DNA of 64,000 nucleotides from Chrysomallon squamiferum (taxonomy: Eukaryota; Animalia; Mollusca). Under the pieces are notes generated by a model. That model did no database searches. It saw only the letters and a program-made list of their open reading frames with translations, and had not been told where the DNA came from. A program made the position numbers and the translations under genes. The stretch lies in NCBI GenBank assembly GCA_012295275.1, contig CM022675.1:15500001-15564000 (forward strand), read 5' to 3'. Positions 1 to 14,340 of this stretch are shown here, in pieces; positions within the stretch are counted from its first letter, which is position 1, and each line of letters begins with the position of its first letter.

Positions 1-171
1 TAATATCCATGAACCTCACCTATTATCTTTATTATCAGTCACAAGATAGAAACACAACACATGAAGAGTGTTAGTCACCTTTTCATCATCATCATCACAC
101 CTCTTCCTTTTGTTTTCTGTCTGAAATCTTTAATTATAATGTGATATTTTACTTATAGCCCCAGTTGGTAT

Positions 172-1015
172 GGTTTATTCCCGATTCTGGCATTCTCGAA
201 TCTGGCAGTGAGATTATAACACATCTTAATTGGACACGTCAGTTGTTCCATTTCTGGCAGTTTATTGCTCACCCTTACTAATTGGTGTTCCGTCACCTTA
301 ATTGATGTACTTTTGTTAAACTGTATTTTGTCCACAATTTGAAGGACAATCAATCACACTCTATACAAGAAATGTCCCAGTTTGCGGGACCTTTTTCGCT
401 CTCTGTCGGTACAAGCTGGATTTGATGCCCTCAAACCTACTCAGCATGGAAGCTGTGTCCTGTGGTGTTGCATCTCCATACTCGGTCAACAACTTCTTCC
501 TCTCCTCGTCATATATCTTTGGGATACTGGTCAGCTTCTCCCGTGCTCGTTTCCGCATGGTGTTGGTCAGTAGGTGGACAGCAACTTCCCTCTCATCCGA
601 GGAATGGATGTGGTCTTTACCTCTCCTGACCACCCTCCCATCCGGTGTAGTAGTCACGGTGGCAAGGCACCTCGAATACAAACATCTCCATGGTACCGTA
701 CCATTCTTGTTACTAATCCGCCGTGCATACCTATATCCATCAAGTATAAGGTCCGCACCTGGTTTTCTGCCGTCCAAAATTTCTCCCTTCGCAGCCATGA
801 TCAAACATAACAAACATCATGGCTGTACAGTATTTATATAGGTAGTATTTCCTATCTTCACTACTCATTAAAGTTAATCTCGTTAATCGCCCCCTCTTTT
901 CTTCATGCCTCTAAATTGGCCTTAATTACTCACGCCAGTTTTCCCATTTCTGGAAGCGGATTATAACAACTCACCGATTACATAATCTGGAGATTGCCAG
1001 TATTGGGAACATACC
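172..1015 (-). mobile_element. Internally deleted Mutator-like (MULE) DNA transposon carrying a FLYWCH ORF
   Basis: Imperfect terminal inverted repeats: left TGGTTTATTCCCGATTCTGGCATTCTC (171-197) vs reverse complement of the right end CGGTATGTTCCCAATACTGGCAATCTC (ending ~1016), about 21/27 identical. They enclose a GC-richer FLYWCH ORF. No clear TSD. Confidence 0.6.
361..798 (-). pseudogene. FLYWCH zinc finger, N-terminal fragment of a MULE transposase (DDE domain absent)
   Basis: LILDGYRY...WRCLYSRCLA...KDHIH fits the FLYWCH pattern; it is followed by KRARE..SIPKIYDEE..F..IKSSLYRQRAKKVP, typical of the linker ahead of a MULE domain. The ORF stops immediately after. ATG at 798. Confidence 0.75.
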
Positions 1016-1044
1016 GTTCGTTGACAGAAGTCCCTTTTTTAAAA

Positions 1045-4000
1045 TTTTATATATATATATATTCAGTTTATATTAAATTTCATTCCCAATATTAAATACT
1101 TGTAGAATTAGTTAATGTTATTTGCTATCACAGAATCCTTGTCATGATCTATAAAGAATATTGTAGATATTATTAGTTTTGAAATTGTGCCAAAATTTAC
1201 CTTAACAGAACATACTCAAAAAAAACAAAGAAAAAAGTTAACTGAAGGTTGTAATATATACTGTAAACTGCCTCAGATAATAAGTGAGAATAATTATAAG
1301 AGATCGTCATTTTATAATTAATCATATTGTTTATAAAAACAACACAAGAAATACAAAAAACATCCTAACCATTAAAAACTAAATTTGACAGTACTGCAGT
1401 ATGAGTAGTATACAGTTGGTTATGGTGAACACAGACACATTGTCATTTTTGTAAAGTTTGTCTCAACAGAACCTTAAAAAAAAAACAGGTGAGTGAAGAC
1501 TGAGCTATACTGTAACTTGTGTTAATCAGTTTACATAAACTGCTTGATACAGTAAGTGATACTTTTTATATATATAATTAATATTTATTTAGTTTATTTC
1601 TTTATTTTTTATTGCTAATCGTTGTAAATTATTATCATATTCATATTCAATTTGTTAGCTCGATAAATGAATAAAGAAAATAAATATGTGTAGATACTAG
1701 TATTTACATCTGATATTTATTGTCATAATTATTCGGTTTTTTTCACACCAAGGTAAAAATTAAATGCAAGAATAAAACAGTATTTGTACAGATTAGCTTC
1801 ATTTAGTTGTCTGCTGCTTTCTTAGTTTTCTGTTATTGTTAGAGATCTGTAAAACAAATGAATTAATATTTAAACTTACCTCACAGGTTATTAAGTGAAG
1901 CATATTTGTATACTATATCAAAGTAAACATATTGGTTTTATATAATAATTATAACACAGCACATAATATATATTGTTTTTATATAGTAATTATATCAGAG
2001 TACATAATATATGTTGTTTTGATATAATAATTATATCGGAGTAAATACTCTGTTTTAATATAATAATTATATCTGAGTACATATGTACTTTTCTGTTACC
2101 AGTCACCTGCACATGACTTGTTTATTTTAGAACAATGAGTGATTTAGAGAGTAGTTAATGTAAAGATGAGTAATTTTCTTTTCTTTATGCAAACTTACAT
2201 TTTGTTTTATTTGCTGTCACAGAATTCTTTTCATCATCTGTAATGAATATTGTAGATAATATTAATATTGAAATTGTGTCACAAAACATTAACAAAGCCT
2301 ATTAAAAAATGTCAACTGAAGATTAAGCTATGGTGGTAATCTGTTGTTGATTGCATCATCCTATTAATCACTGGCATATTTGAAGGGTTCAGGGGTTTGG
2401 TTCTCCCCCACCCAACCCAAAGGTTCAATGCTTAACGGCTTCTAACACACACTGGTTGTTTCTTTCTGCATTTCAGTTTACATGTACAAGAGCATTTCCC
2501 ATCAAGATATTTCATAATTTTCAAATACTCTTAATCTTCAAGACTTCAAATCTTTAAATACGTTTCAGTTATTCATTTCACTGAGGTATTTTAAAATTCT
2601 AAAAGATAATCTTACTTTTTATTAACATTTTAATAATAGTGTTTGCTGCATAATATTCTGCTAGCAGTAAGTTATTTTTATATACTTTTCCCATACAGAA
2701 GACGCACATACCATGTTGTTGATAAAGTAGTATGAACACTTTATAAACGATAACACAATGCAACTTTTTTTTATCTCTGTAAATTAATATGACAGTCACA
2801 TTCAGCTTGTTAGTTGGTAAATGAAAAACAAAACAAAATCTTTTAAAAGCAAAACATAAATTTACTTTGATTGGATATTTACAACAAAATCCAATTTAAA
2901 CACCATTCAAATATATACAGACATTTAAATAAATAAAAAAAAATGATGGTTCTTTGTTTAGTTTTTTTGTTGTTCTGAATCAAAATCAGATACAAGAATA
3001 TTTCAAAACAGTGTATGTACAAACGAGCTACGACTAATATACTGTATAACCTATAAAGAAAGTCTATAAAAATACAGATCTATACAGAACATTCAGCTGA
3101 CTCCAGCTATCGTGGTAATCTGGGTATAATTAGAGAGAATATACGTGATCACTGTTTGATAATTAATATTTGTTTATTTTGTCACTAAAAACTCTTCATA
3201 TCCATTACAGTCAGTAGTGCTTGTTGTGACAGATCAGTATCAGTGTTTTAGAAGTGAGCTATAGACAGCTACATACAACATATCAAAATTAAATCATTTT
3301 ATTTGAGCCTTTCAATTATTATTATTATTATTTATTTACTTTTTGTTAATAAATTTTAATTATATTTACAAAACTCATGACAGACTTAGCATCCATGTCC
3401 CCTTCATGTTTCTTTCCTTAGAACTAGTGAGGAGTTGCTGTTTCCCCCATTCCATTACTATTAATAAAAAATACATGTTATAACAAGTTTATAAATTTAT
3501 GAAACATTATATTTTTGAATTTTTAGAAATATTATTTTTCCAGTAATATTTTACATTTATTATTATTAGCTGTTAGTTGTACTGAATTTTTTTTATTTTA
3601 AACAATTTACCTTAAGCATAATATTACTGTTCGTATTTTTCCTTTTTAGTTATTGTACTTATTAATTGTCATACATATTTTGTACATTTATTTTACTGCA
3701 AAACTCAGAATAATTAAAATCTTCACATTAATTTTTCATTTGTTTGTTTTAATTAGTTTAAAACTAAATTTTAATCCATTAATCCCTGTCATATTTGACG
3801 TGATAGGAGGGTTGTCTCCCACTCTGAAGACTCACTTCATGACAGCTTCAAACACACATTTGTAGTTTATACTTCAATTTCAGAATGCATGTACAAGAGC
3901 AAATCCCATTAATATATTTCAAAATCTTCAAATACTTCTAAAGAAAAAGTATAATTTATGACTTAATCTTTAAGTTTTCAAATCTTTAAAACATTTGTAT

Positions 4001-4930
4001 CATTAATTTCAGTGAGTATTTTAAAATTCAAAAATATCATCTTACTTTTTATTAACATTTTTTAATAGGCTTACTCTTTTATTAGCAGTAGTAATTTATT
4101 TTTACATAATCTTTCCCTACAGAAGACAGCACATACCATGTCCTTTTATACTGAGACTAATTTACAAGTTTCTTATATAGTTGTTAATTATTATAATAAC
4201 AATACTGAATTTGTTATGCATAGCTAGTGATATTTACTACTGATTTTTGTTCTCATAATTATTTTTGTTTTTATTTACTTATTTATTTATTTATTCACCA
4301 AGGTAAAAATTAAATGCAAGAATAAAAGATTATTTGTACAGATTAGCTTCAGTTACTTGTCTGCTGCTTCCTTAGTTTTCATTAGTGTGAGTGAAATTGT
4401 ATATGTGTGTGGGTACATAAGAGTGTGAAAAATGTAGTGGGTATATAAATCTGTGTTTGAAAGACATGTGTTTGGGTATATGTCTTACGATGGGTACCGA
4501 AGATAATGTGAAATGTGTACTCGATATATTCGTGTGAGTGAAATACAGTGTACATGTGTATGGTACATAAGAGAGTTTGAAAGATGTAGTGGGTATATAT
4601 ACATGTGTATTGGGACTTGCGTTAGGGTGGATATATAAGAGAATGTGAAAGACGTAGTGGGTATATACGTATGTGAGTGAAAGACGTGTATGGTTATGTG
4701 TGTTAGAGAGTGTAAGAGAGTGTGAAATGTGTACTGGGTATATACATGTGTGAGTTAAAGACAATGTACATGTGTATTGATACGTGTGTTAAGGTGGGTA
4801 CGTAAGACAATGTGAAACGTGTATTGGGAATTACAGTGTACACTGAAACTGAAAAAAAGTAACCTGCTAATCAGAGCAAGCTGTTGTGAAGCACGTACAG
4901 TGTACATCTGTATGGGTACATAAATAACAA
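1045..4930 (+). repeat. Composite local repeat block (AT-rich modules ending in a GT-rich tract), with related copies at ~23400-24000 and ~41215-43245
   Basis: 2060-2345 ~ 41630-41925; 3105-3870 ~ 41905-42700; 1740-1960 ~ 23800-24000 ~ 4290-4380; 3955-4150 ~ 23410-23610 ~ 2530-2730 (visual alignment). Confidence 0.8.
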
Positions 4931-5029
4931 AATTATAGTTTTTAACAGTTGGGCTCGGATCTCTAATCATGTGAGTGATGACGCGATTTGCCTCTCACAC
5001 GGTTGACTCAACAGTTGAGTGGTGAGAAT

Positions 5030-6850
5030 GACTGGTTTGTTTTCACTGATTAGTATACTGACTTGTTATCACTGATTAGTATACTGACTTGTTATCACTG
5101 ATTAGTATACTGACTTGTTATCACTGATTAGTATATTGGTTTCTTTTCACTGATTAGTATACTGATTTGTTATCACTGATTAGAATATTGACTTGTTATC
5201 ACTGATTAGTATATTGACTTGTTTTACTGATTAGTATACTGGTCTGTTTTCACTGATTATTGGTATACTGGTTTGTTTTCACTGATTAGTATACTGGTTT
5301 GTTTTCACTGATTATTGGTATATTGGTTTGTTTTCACTGATTATTGGTATATTGGTTTGTTTTCACTGATTATTGGTATATTGGTTTGTTTTCACTGATT
5401 ATTGGTATATTGGTTTGTTTTCACTGATTAGTATACTGGTTTGTTTTCACTGATTAGTATACTGGTTTGTTTTCACTGATTGGTATATTGGTTTGTTTTC
5501 ACTGATTAGTATACTGGTTTGTTTTCACTGATTGGTATATTGGTTTGTTTTCACTGATTAGTATACTGATTAGATTGGTTTGTTTTCACTGATTAGTATA
5601 TTGGTTTGTTTTCACTAATTAGTATATTGATTTGTTTTCACTGATTAGTATACTGGTTTGTTTTCACTGATTAGTATATTGGTTTGTTTTCACTGATTAA
5701 TATACTGATTAGATTGGTTTGTTTTCACTGATTAGTATATTGGTTTGTTTTCACTGATTAGTATACTGGTTTGTTTTCACTGATTAGTATACTGGTTTGT
5801 TTTCACTGATTAGTATATTGGTTTGTTTTCACTGATTAGTATACTGGTTTGTTTTCACTGATTGGTATACTGATTAGATTGGTTTGTTTTCACTGATTAG
5901 TATACTGACTTGTTTTCACTGATTAGTATATTGGCTTGTTTTCACTGATTGGTATATTGGTTTGTTTTCAGTGATTAGTATACTGATTAGATTGGTTTGT
6001 TTTCACTGATTAGTATACTGACTTGTTTTCACTGATTAGTATACTGACTTGTTTTCACTGATTAGTATATTGGCTTGTTTTCACTGATTAGTACATTGGT
6101 TTGTTTTCACTGATTAGTATACTGACTTGTTTTCACTGATTAGTATATTGGCTTGTTATCACTGATTAGTACATTGGTTTGTTTTCACTGATTAGTATAC
6201 TGACTTGTTTTCACTGATTAGTATACTGACTTGTTTTCACTGATTAGTATATTGACTTGTTTTCTCTGATTAGTATACTGACTTGTTATCACTGATTAGT
6301 ATACTGACTTGTTATCACTGATTAGTATACTGACTTGTTATCACTGATTAGTATACTGACTTGTTTTCACTGATTAGTATACTGACTTGTTTTCACTGAT
6401 TAGTATACTGGTTTGTTTTCACTGATTAGATTGGTTTGTTTTCACTGATGAGTATATTGACTTGTTATCACTGATTAGTATACTGACTTGTTTTCACTGA
6501 TTAGTATATTGACTTGTTATCACTGATTAGTATACTGACTTGTTATCACTGATTAGTATACTGACTTGTTTTCACTGATTAGTATATTGACTTGTGTTCA
6601 CTGATTAGTATACTGACTTGTTATCACTGATTAGTATACTGACTTGTTTTCACTGATTAATTTACTGACTTATTATCACTGATTAGTATACTGACTTGTT
6701 TTCATTGATTAGTATACTGACTTATTATCACTGATTAGTATACTGACTTGTTTTCACTGATTAGTATATTGACTTGTGTTCACTGATTAGTATATTGACT
6801 TGTTTTCACTGATTAGTATACTGACTTGTTTTCACTGATTAGTACATTGG
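5030..6850. repeat. Minisatellite, ~26-bp unit TCACTGATTAGTATACTGACTTGTT(A/T)
   Basis: Directly visible tandem array with variant units (…ATTGGTTTGTTT, 29-bp TTATTGG variants). Confidence 0.97.
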
Positions 6851-8480
6851 TTATATTAAAGCATGTTTTATAAATTTACTCTAATTTAGAAAAGATTAAA
6901 TAAGGATATAGTAATAATAGTAACAAAGCTGTATTACTATATAAATTTAATAAAATCTAAAAATAAATGATTGAACTAAAGTAAAGCTGACACTGATACA
7001 AAATAGTTGCCTAATTGGATAATAGATCTATATTTGGATAACTGTACAAAAACATTGCAGCAAATATCTTTTGTAAAATATAATTCTTTAATGACGGACC
7101 GGAACATTGAACCTGGTGCTTAAATCCAATCAGAAGTAATTATTCTCTTACAAAGGTGATTGTTAATATTATCTGTATACCATTTGTATATACATTTACT
7201 TAGGAGACATGCTCCACAGTGTATACAAAACGATAATATCTCAGTATATGGACCAAAAATTAAAAGTAATAAACTATGTGTTTTAAATATAAATATATAA
7301 AATACTTACTGATTCCAAGCGACACCTGCAGCAGCAAGCAAAATAAGAAATTCTTGAATAAAGTCATTTTTACAGTAGTTCTCGTTTTCACAGGCCTCTG
7401 TTATCTACATAGAAATGTTTCCTTTATCAGAAGATGTTCTATATTTTAATTAATTTGCATAGAAAGTCACGTTTTCACTTGTTCACGTGTATCAGAAAGA
7501 TTAAAATGATTTGACGTATTTTTTGTGTCAAGCCTGTTTGTCACATCTTTGTGATTAAAATGTGTAAACTAAAACAAGAGTTTTACAGCCTGACTTTGTT
7601 TTCTTTTTATTGAATATTTCACTGAGGTCTATTATCAATATTTATTTATGTGTAGGTTTGTGTGTGATGCTCTGTATACATGTAGTATTAAAACCTTTTT
7701 CTTTATTTGTATATTACTATATCTTATAACACTATATATTAAAGAAAACGCAAACTGTAAAATATATTTCAGTAGCGGGACAAAACTGAGAAAAATATTT
7801 AACGAAAATATATTATTTGCAAAATGCCACAACAAAATCACAATGAAGATCTCCTTTGTGACTGTTTCTATTTATTTTGAAATATGTATATCAAAATATT
7901 TTAAAAGTTAAAAATAGAATCAACTGTTGAATTCAATGTTTTGATCACTTAAAATAGTCTTAAAGAAAAACGGTGAATTATGTATGTGTAAAAGTATTAT
8001 CTGAAAAGTGAAATATTGTGTTTCAATATTTTGATCTGTTTTGTTTTTCTCTATAAAATATTTCTTTGAATAATTCCTAGTCTTTTTTTCTTGGTTCACT
8101 GTAATTTTTTAGTTTTGGATAATGTGATTATTTGAAGAGATTCGTAATAAAATGGCATTATGAAAAACTAAGAAATGGAATAGTTGTACTTTTGAGAAGA
8201 AGTAAAGGTACAGTTCTTGTGCCAGTAATTGTCATTTATATCGTCGTTTTAAAGAAAGTCGAATCAGAATAATATTTTAGTGGGGTTGTCTTTTTTTTAA
8301 ATTTAATTTTATTTTATTCTTCTTCTTCTTATTTTAACATTTACTGTGTTTTCTGCTGAAATCTTTTATTTTCATATAGAAATATACTGGCTTTTTTGTG
8401 TGAGATGGACAGAACAAATTTAAATCTAAATAAGGTTAACAATAAGAAAAGAGCAAGTTAGAAATTCTGTGTGTTGTAGC

Positions 8481-11400
8481 AGTAGTGTTTACTTTAGATT
8501 ATAGTATCTTCGTGTACCTATTACATTCACTGTGATGAAGTAATATCAGTAGTGTTTACTTTAGATTATAGTATCTTCGTGTACATATATAATTCACTGT
8601 GATGAAGTAATATCAGTAGTGTTTACTTTAGATTATAGTATCTTCGTGTACATATATAATTCACTGTGATGAAGTAATATCAGTAGTGTTTACTTTAGAT
8701 TATAGTATCTTCGTGTACCTATTACATTCACTGTGATGAAGTAATATCAGTAGTGTTTACTTTAGATTATAGTATCTTCGTGTACATATATAATTCACTG
8801 TGATGAAGTAATATCAGTAGTGTTTACTTTAGATTATAGTATCTTCGTGTACATATATAATTCACTGTGATGAAGTAATATCAGTAGTGTTTACTTTAGA
8901 TTATAGTATCTTCGTGTACATATATAATTCACTGTGATGAAGTAATATCAGTAGTGTTTACTTTAGATTATAGTATCTTCGTGTACCTATTACATTCACT
9001 GTGATGAAGTAATATCAGTAGTGTTTACTTTAGATTATAGTATCTTCGTGTACATATATAATTCACTGTGATGAAGTAATATCAGTAGTGTTTACTTTAG
9101 ATTATAGTATCTTCGTGTACATATATAATTCACTGTGATGAAGTAATATCAGTAGTGTTTACTTTAGATTATAGTATCTTCGTGTACATATATAATTCAC
9201 TGTGATGAAGTAATATCAGTAGTGTTTACTTTAGATTATAGTATCTTCGTGTACATATATAATTCACTGTGATGAAGTAATATCAGTAGTGTTTACTTTA
9301 GATTATAGTATCTTCGTGTACCTATTACATTCACTGTGATGAAGTAATATCAGTAGTGTTTACTTTAGATTATAGTATCTTCGTGTACATATATAATTCA
9401 CTGTGATGAAGTAATATCAGTAGTGTTTACTTTAGATTATAGTATCTTCGTGTACATATATAATTCACTGTGATGAAGTAATATCAGTAGTGTTTACTTT
9501 AGATTATAGTATCTTCGTGTACATATATAATTCACTGTGATGAAGTAATATCAGTAGTGTTTACTTTAGATTATAGTATCTTCGTGTACATATATAATTC
9601 ACTGTGATGAAGTAATATCAGTAGTGTTTACTTTAGATTATAGTATCTTCGTGTACATATATAATTCACTGTGATGAAGTAATATCAGTAGTGTTTACTT
9701 TAGATTATAGTATCTTCGTGTACATATATAATTCACTGTGATGAAGTAATATCAGTAGTGTTTACTTTAGATTATAGTATCTTCGTGTACATATATAATT
9801 CACTGTGATGAAGTAATATCAGTAGTGTTTACTTTAGATTATAGTATCTTCGTGTACATATATAATTCACTGTGATGAAGTAATATCAGTAGTGTTTACT
9901 TTAGATTATAGTATCTTCGTGTACATATATAATTCACTGTGATGAAGTAATATCAGTAGTGTTTACTTTAGATTATAGTATCTTCGTGTACATATATAAT
10001 TCACTGTGATGAAGTAATATCAGTAGTGTTTACTTTAGATTATAGTATCTTCGTGTACCTATTACATTCACTGTGATGAAGTAATATCAGTAGTGTTTAC
10101 TTTAGATTATAGTATCTTCGTGTACATATATAATTCACTGTGATGAAGTAATATCAGTAGTGTTTACTTTAGATTATAGTATCTTCGTGTACATATATAA
10201 TTCACTGTGATGAAGTAATATCAGTAGTGTTTACTTTAGATTATAGTATCTTCGTGTACATATATAATTCACTGTGATGAAGTAATATCAGTAGTGTTTA
10301 CTTTAGATTATAGTATCTTCGTGTACCTATTACATTCACTGTGATGAAGTAATATCAGTAGTGTTTACTTTAGATTATAGTATCTTCGTGTACCTATTAC
10401 ATTCACTGTGATGAAGTAATATCAGTAGTGTTTACTTTAGATTATAGTATCTTCGTGTACATATATAATTCACTGTGATGAAGTAATATCAGTAGTGTTT
10501 ACTTTAGATTATAGTATCTTCGTGTACATATATAATTCACTGTGATGAAGTAATATCAGTAGTGTTTACTTTAGATTATAGTATCTTCGTGTACATATAT
10601 AATTCACTGTGATGAAGTAATATCAGTAGTGTTTACTTTAGATTATAGTATCTTCGTGTACATATATAATTCACTGTGATGAAGTAATATCAGTAGTGTT
10701 TACTTTAGATTATAGTATCTTCGTGTACCTATTACATTCACTGTGATGAAGTAATATCAGTAGTGTTTACTTTAGATTATAGTATCTTCGTGTACATATA
10801 TAATTCACTGTGATGAAGTAATATCAGTAGTGTTTACTTTAGATTATAGTATCTTCGTGTACATATATAATTCACTGTGATGAAGTAATATCAGTAGTGT
10901 TTACTTTAGATTATAGTATCTTCGTGTACATATATAATTCACTGTGATGAAGTAATATCAGTAGTGTTTACTTTAGATTATAGTATCTTCGTGTACATAT
11001 ATAATTCACTGTGATGAAGTAATATCAGTAGTGTTTACTTTAGATTATAGTATCTTCGTGTACCTATTACATTCACTGTGATGAAGTAATATCAGTAGTG
11101 TTTACTTTAGATTATAGTATCTTCGTGTACATATATAATTCACTGTGATGAAGTAATATCAGTAGTGTTTACTTTAGATTATAGTATCTTCGTGTACATA
11201 TATAATTCACTGTGATGAAGTAATATCAGTAGTGTTTACTTTAGATTATAGTATCTTCGTGTACATATATAATTCACTGTGATGAAGTAATATCAGTAGT
11301 GTTTACTTTAGATTATAGTATCTTCGTGTACATATATAATTCACTGTGATGAAGTAATATCAGTAGTGTTTACTTTAGATTATAGTATCTTCGTGTACAT

Positions 11401-11908
11401 ATATAATTCACTGTGATGAAGTAATATCAGTAGTGTTTACTTTAGATTATAGTATCTTCGTGTACATATATAATTCACTGTGATGAAGTAATATCAGTAG
11501 TGTTTACTTTAGATTATAGTATCTTCGTGTACATATATAATTCACTGTGATGAAGTAATATCAGTAGTGTTTACTTTAGATTATAGTATCTTCGTGTACA
11601 TATATAATTCACTGTGATGAAGTAATATCAGTAGTGTTTACTTTAGATTATAGTATCTTCGTGTACATATATAATTCACTGTGATGAAGTAATATCAGTA
11701 GTGTTTACTTTAGATTATAGTATCTTCGTGTACATATATAATTCACTGTGATGAAGTAATATCAGTAGTGTTTACTTTAGATTATAGTATCTTCGTGTAC
11801 ATATATAATTCACTGTGATGAAGTAATATCAGTAGTGTTTACTTTAGATTATAGTATCTTCGTGTACATATATAATTCACTGTGATGAAGTAATATCAGT
11901 AGTGTTTA
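8481..11908. repeat. 67-bp satellite, 51 full copies of two variants
   Basis: Unit AGTAGTGTTTACTTTAGATTATAGTATCTTCGTGTAC[ATATATA/CTATTAC]ATTCACTGTGATGAAGTAATATC; starts at 8481, 8548 ... 11898 (=8481+51x67). Confidence 0.98.
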
Positions 11909-14147
11909 TTTGATATATTAGTATTAATTCAATTGCGTAACAAATTTATCTTTCTGCGACATTCACCTGTTTATTTCTATGCCATGGAATTCAAATTGCG
12001 TAACAACGTTTAACTTCAATGACGTCAGCACTTTTTATCTGTGCCGCAATTTTTTAACTCTAATGCGTTGTTTTAAAAGGGCTGGCACTTTGTAATTAAG
12101 TGAAGAAGGAAAAGGCCAACACGAGAACTCAGCAGGCGCGGAAACCAATGTTTTTGAAGGACATTTTCTTTACGGACGAGGATGGTAAGCAATTATGTAT
12201 TCTTATTTTCACAGGGTGTAATGTGCAATTAACCTATGTCAATAAAATTTAATATACCTAAAATTTATATGTTTAATCTCTTCTCCGTGCAGATTCTTAC
12301 TTTTTCTTTGTTCCCCGTATGACCTTATTCGTATCGTTATTGAATATTACATAAATATATGTTTTATTGATTGTATAGTGTATTATTATCAAGTCACCTG
12401 TACATCATAATTAAATAATTAACTTGTACCTTATCTTGTATTTTGTGTATATCTCTAGTGGATAGATAGACTTATTAATTTATATAGACTGCTGTCAATG
12501 TAGTGTTTATATTCCTTGTTAGGTGACCATTCAAGCACCTTGTTATCCTAGACTGAGCCTTAATAAAACATCCAAGATGTTTAAAGGTGCGGGCACTGTG
12601 ACACCTGAAATATTAGTAGTTCTCTTGAGCCTGTTATACATAACACATTCAGTGTGAAGTAATAGCAGTAGTGTTTACTAGGCATATTACTAGTCTTCGT
12701 GTATCTGTTATATATAATATATTCAGTATGATGTAGTAGTAGCAGCAGTGTTTACTTGACATATTAGTAAACAAGAAACATACACACAAACATACACATA
12801 TACATATAAATAAATAATAAATATGTAGACAGACAAATGGAAAGAAAAATTAAGATGATAATAAAATTCTTTAAATTTATTAATTAATATTACAGAAAAT
12901 ATCATCAATTTATTTTTGGGAGTTAAAGATGGTAATCATTATTCACAGTAATATTAATATAGAAAAATTGTTTATTTAATGATACAGCTCTTTCTGAAAT
13001 TAATTCATGAAACGCCAACGATTAAACTACATTTATTTTTTATCATTTACTTATTTTAGCTAAGAAGATTAAACTCCATTTTAAATTCAAATGATCATTA
13101 CAAACGAGAAGGTATTTTGAAATATTTGGTTACTGAATATCAGTAATTGATCTCTAAACAAAGCTACTAGACTGAATGTAATCGCTCATCCATTGAATGC
13201 ACACACGCTATTTCACGTGGTATGTCGTAAAGAGAATAATTTGTTGTTTATCTGACATGTCTCCACAACTCCGATTTGTCCATGGGCCGGACCACCTGAA
13301 TGATCAAATAGCGTGATTATATAGAAATATATATATAGTTTCCACATCGTTTTATAGACATACCGTGCTGTGCAGACGGTCTTTGGGTTCGTTTTGTCAT
13401 AACTGAACAGATGTGTAGTTTCTATAACATAGACTGTAGAGGATCTTAACCGTCTTTCGCTCTCTTTCTCTCTATATATTGGGTACACGATATAAGGAAT
13501 AATTTATATACACGATAAATTAATATCAACAAAACCTCGCAAGTTTGAGACAGACACGTCAAGATTTGTGGTATGTTATTCTTTAATTATATTTTATTAT
13601 TATTATTGGTGGTGGTGTTTGTAAAGTAATTCTATGTTTAAAATTAAACTTGTTGGTTTTACAACCAAACAATCTTAAAAATAACAGTTTCGTTGTTATA
13701 CCATTATGTTTGTATTACAATAGTCTACATATATGCTTTATATGCAATGAATTCGGGTTGTGTCGTTAGTTAGAAGGTATCACTGACGCTTCACAGATAG
13801 CAGGATCAGTTGTCTTCTGCGATACTTCTAGGCATTATCTACATGGTATATATTCGATTCCAGAAAACATGAAACTTGTTCTGCAAGCGTTAATACTTCC
13901 TTTATTAGACGGCATTATTCACAGGCACAATCGTGAAGTGACATGCTTGGTTTCCGAAGACGAAAATACAACGCGAAATTTTAAAAAAATCGATTCGACA
14001 ATCCGGACGACTACACTATCAGAAAGAAAGTCATTTATAAACATGAACATGTTTTCCAATAATAATAATAGTACAGTTGATATTTAGCTATATACGAATT
14101 AGCCAAATACGAATAATAAACATGTTCGTACACAGCAACTGAACAGA

Positions 14148-14340
14148 AAAAAAGAAGAAAGAAATGTTTTATTTCATGACACACTCAACACATTTTATTT
14201 ACGGTTACATGGTGTCGGACATATGGTTAAGGATTTCACTATATTGATAGAGGAAACCCGCTGTTGCCACTTCATGGGCTGCTATTTTTGATTAGCACAG
14301 ATAGGATAGTACATACCAGATATGGTGCACTGGGAGGACC
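14148..14340 (-). mobile_element. SINE-like repeat copy 1 (partial)
   Basis: AAAGAAGAAAGAAATGTTTTATTT..CACTCAACACATTTTATTTACGGTTA..GGTTAAGGA..GAGGAAACCCG..GCCACTTCATGGG; resembles, from memory, an abundant gastropod SINE read antisense from a (TTTC)n tail. Not database-verified. Confidence 0.55.

Noticed and set aside
5030-6850. 26-bp array as CRISPR or coding repeat
   Set aside because: Head-to-tail units without spacers and no long ORF.
8481-11908. CRISPR-like appearance of regular repeats with a variable segment
   Set aside because: The variable part has only two 7-bp states, there are no unique spacers or cas genes, and the context is eukaryotic.
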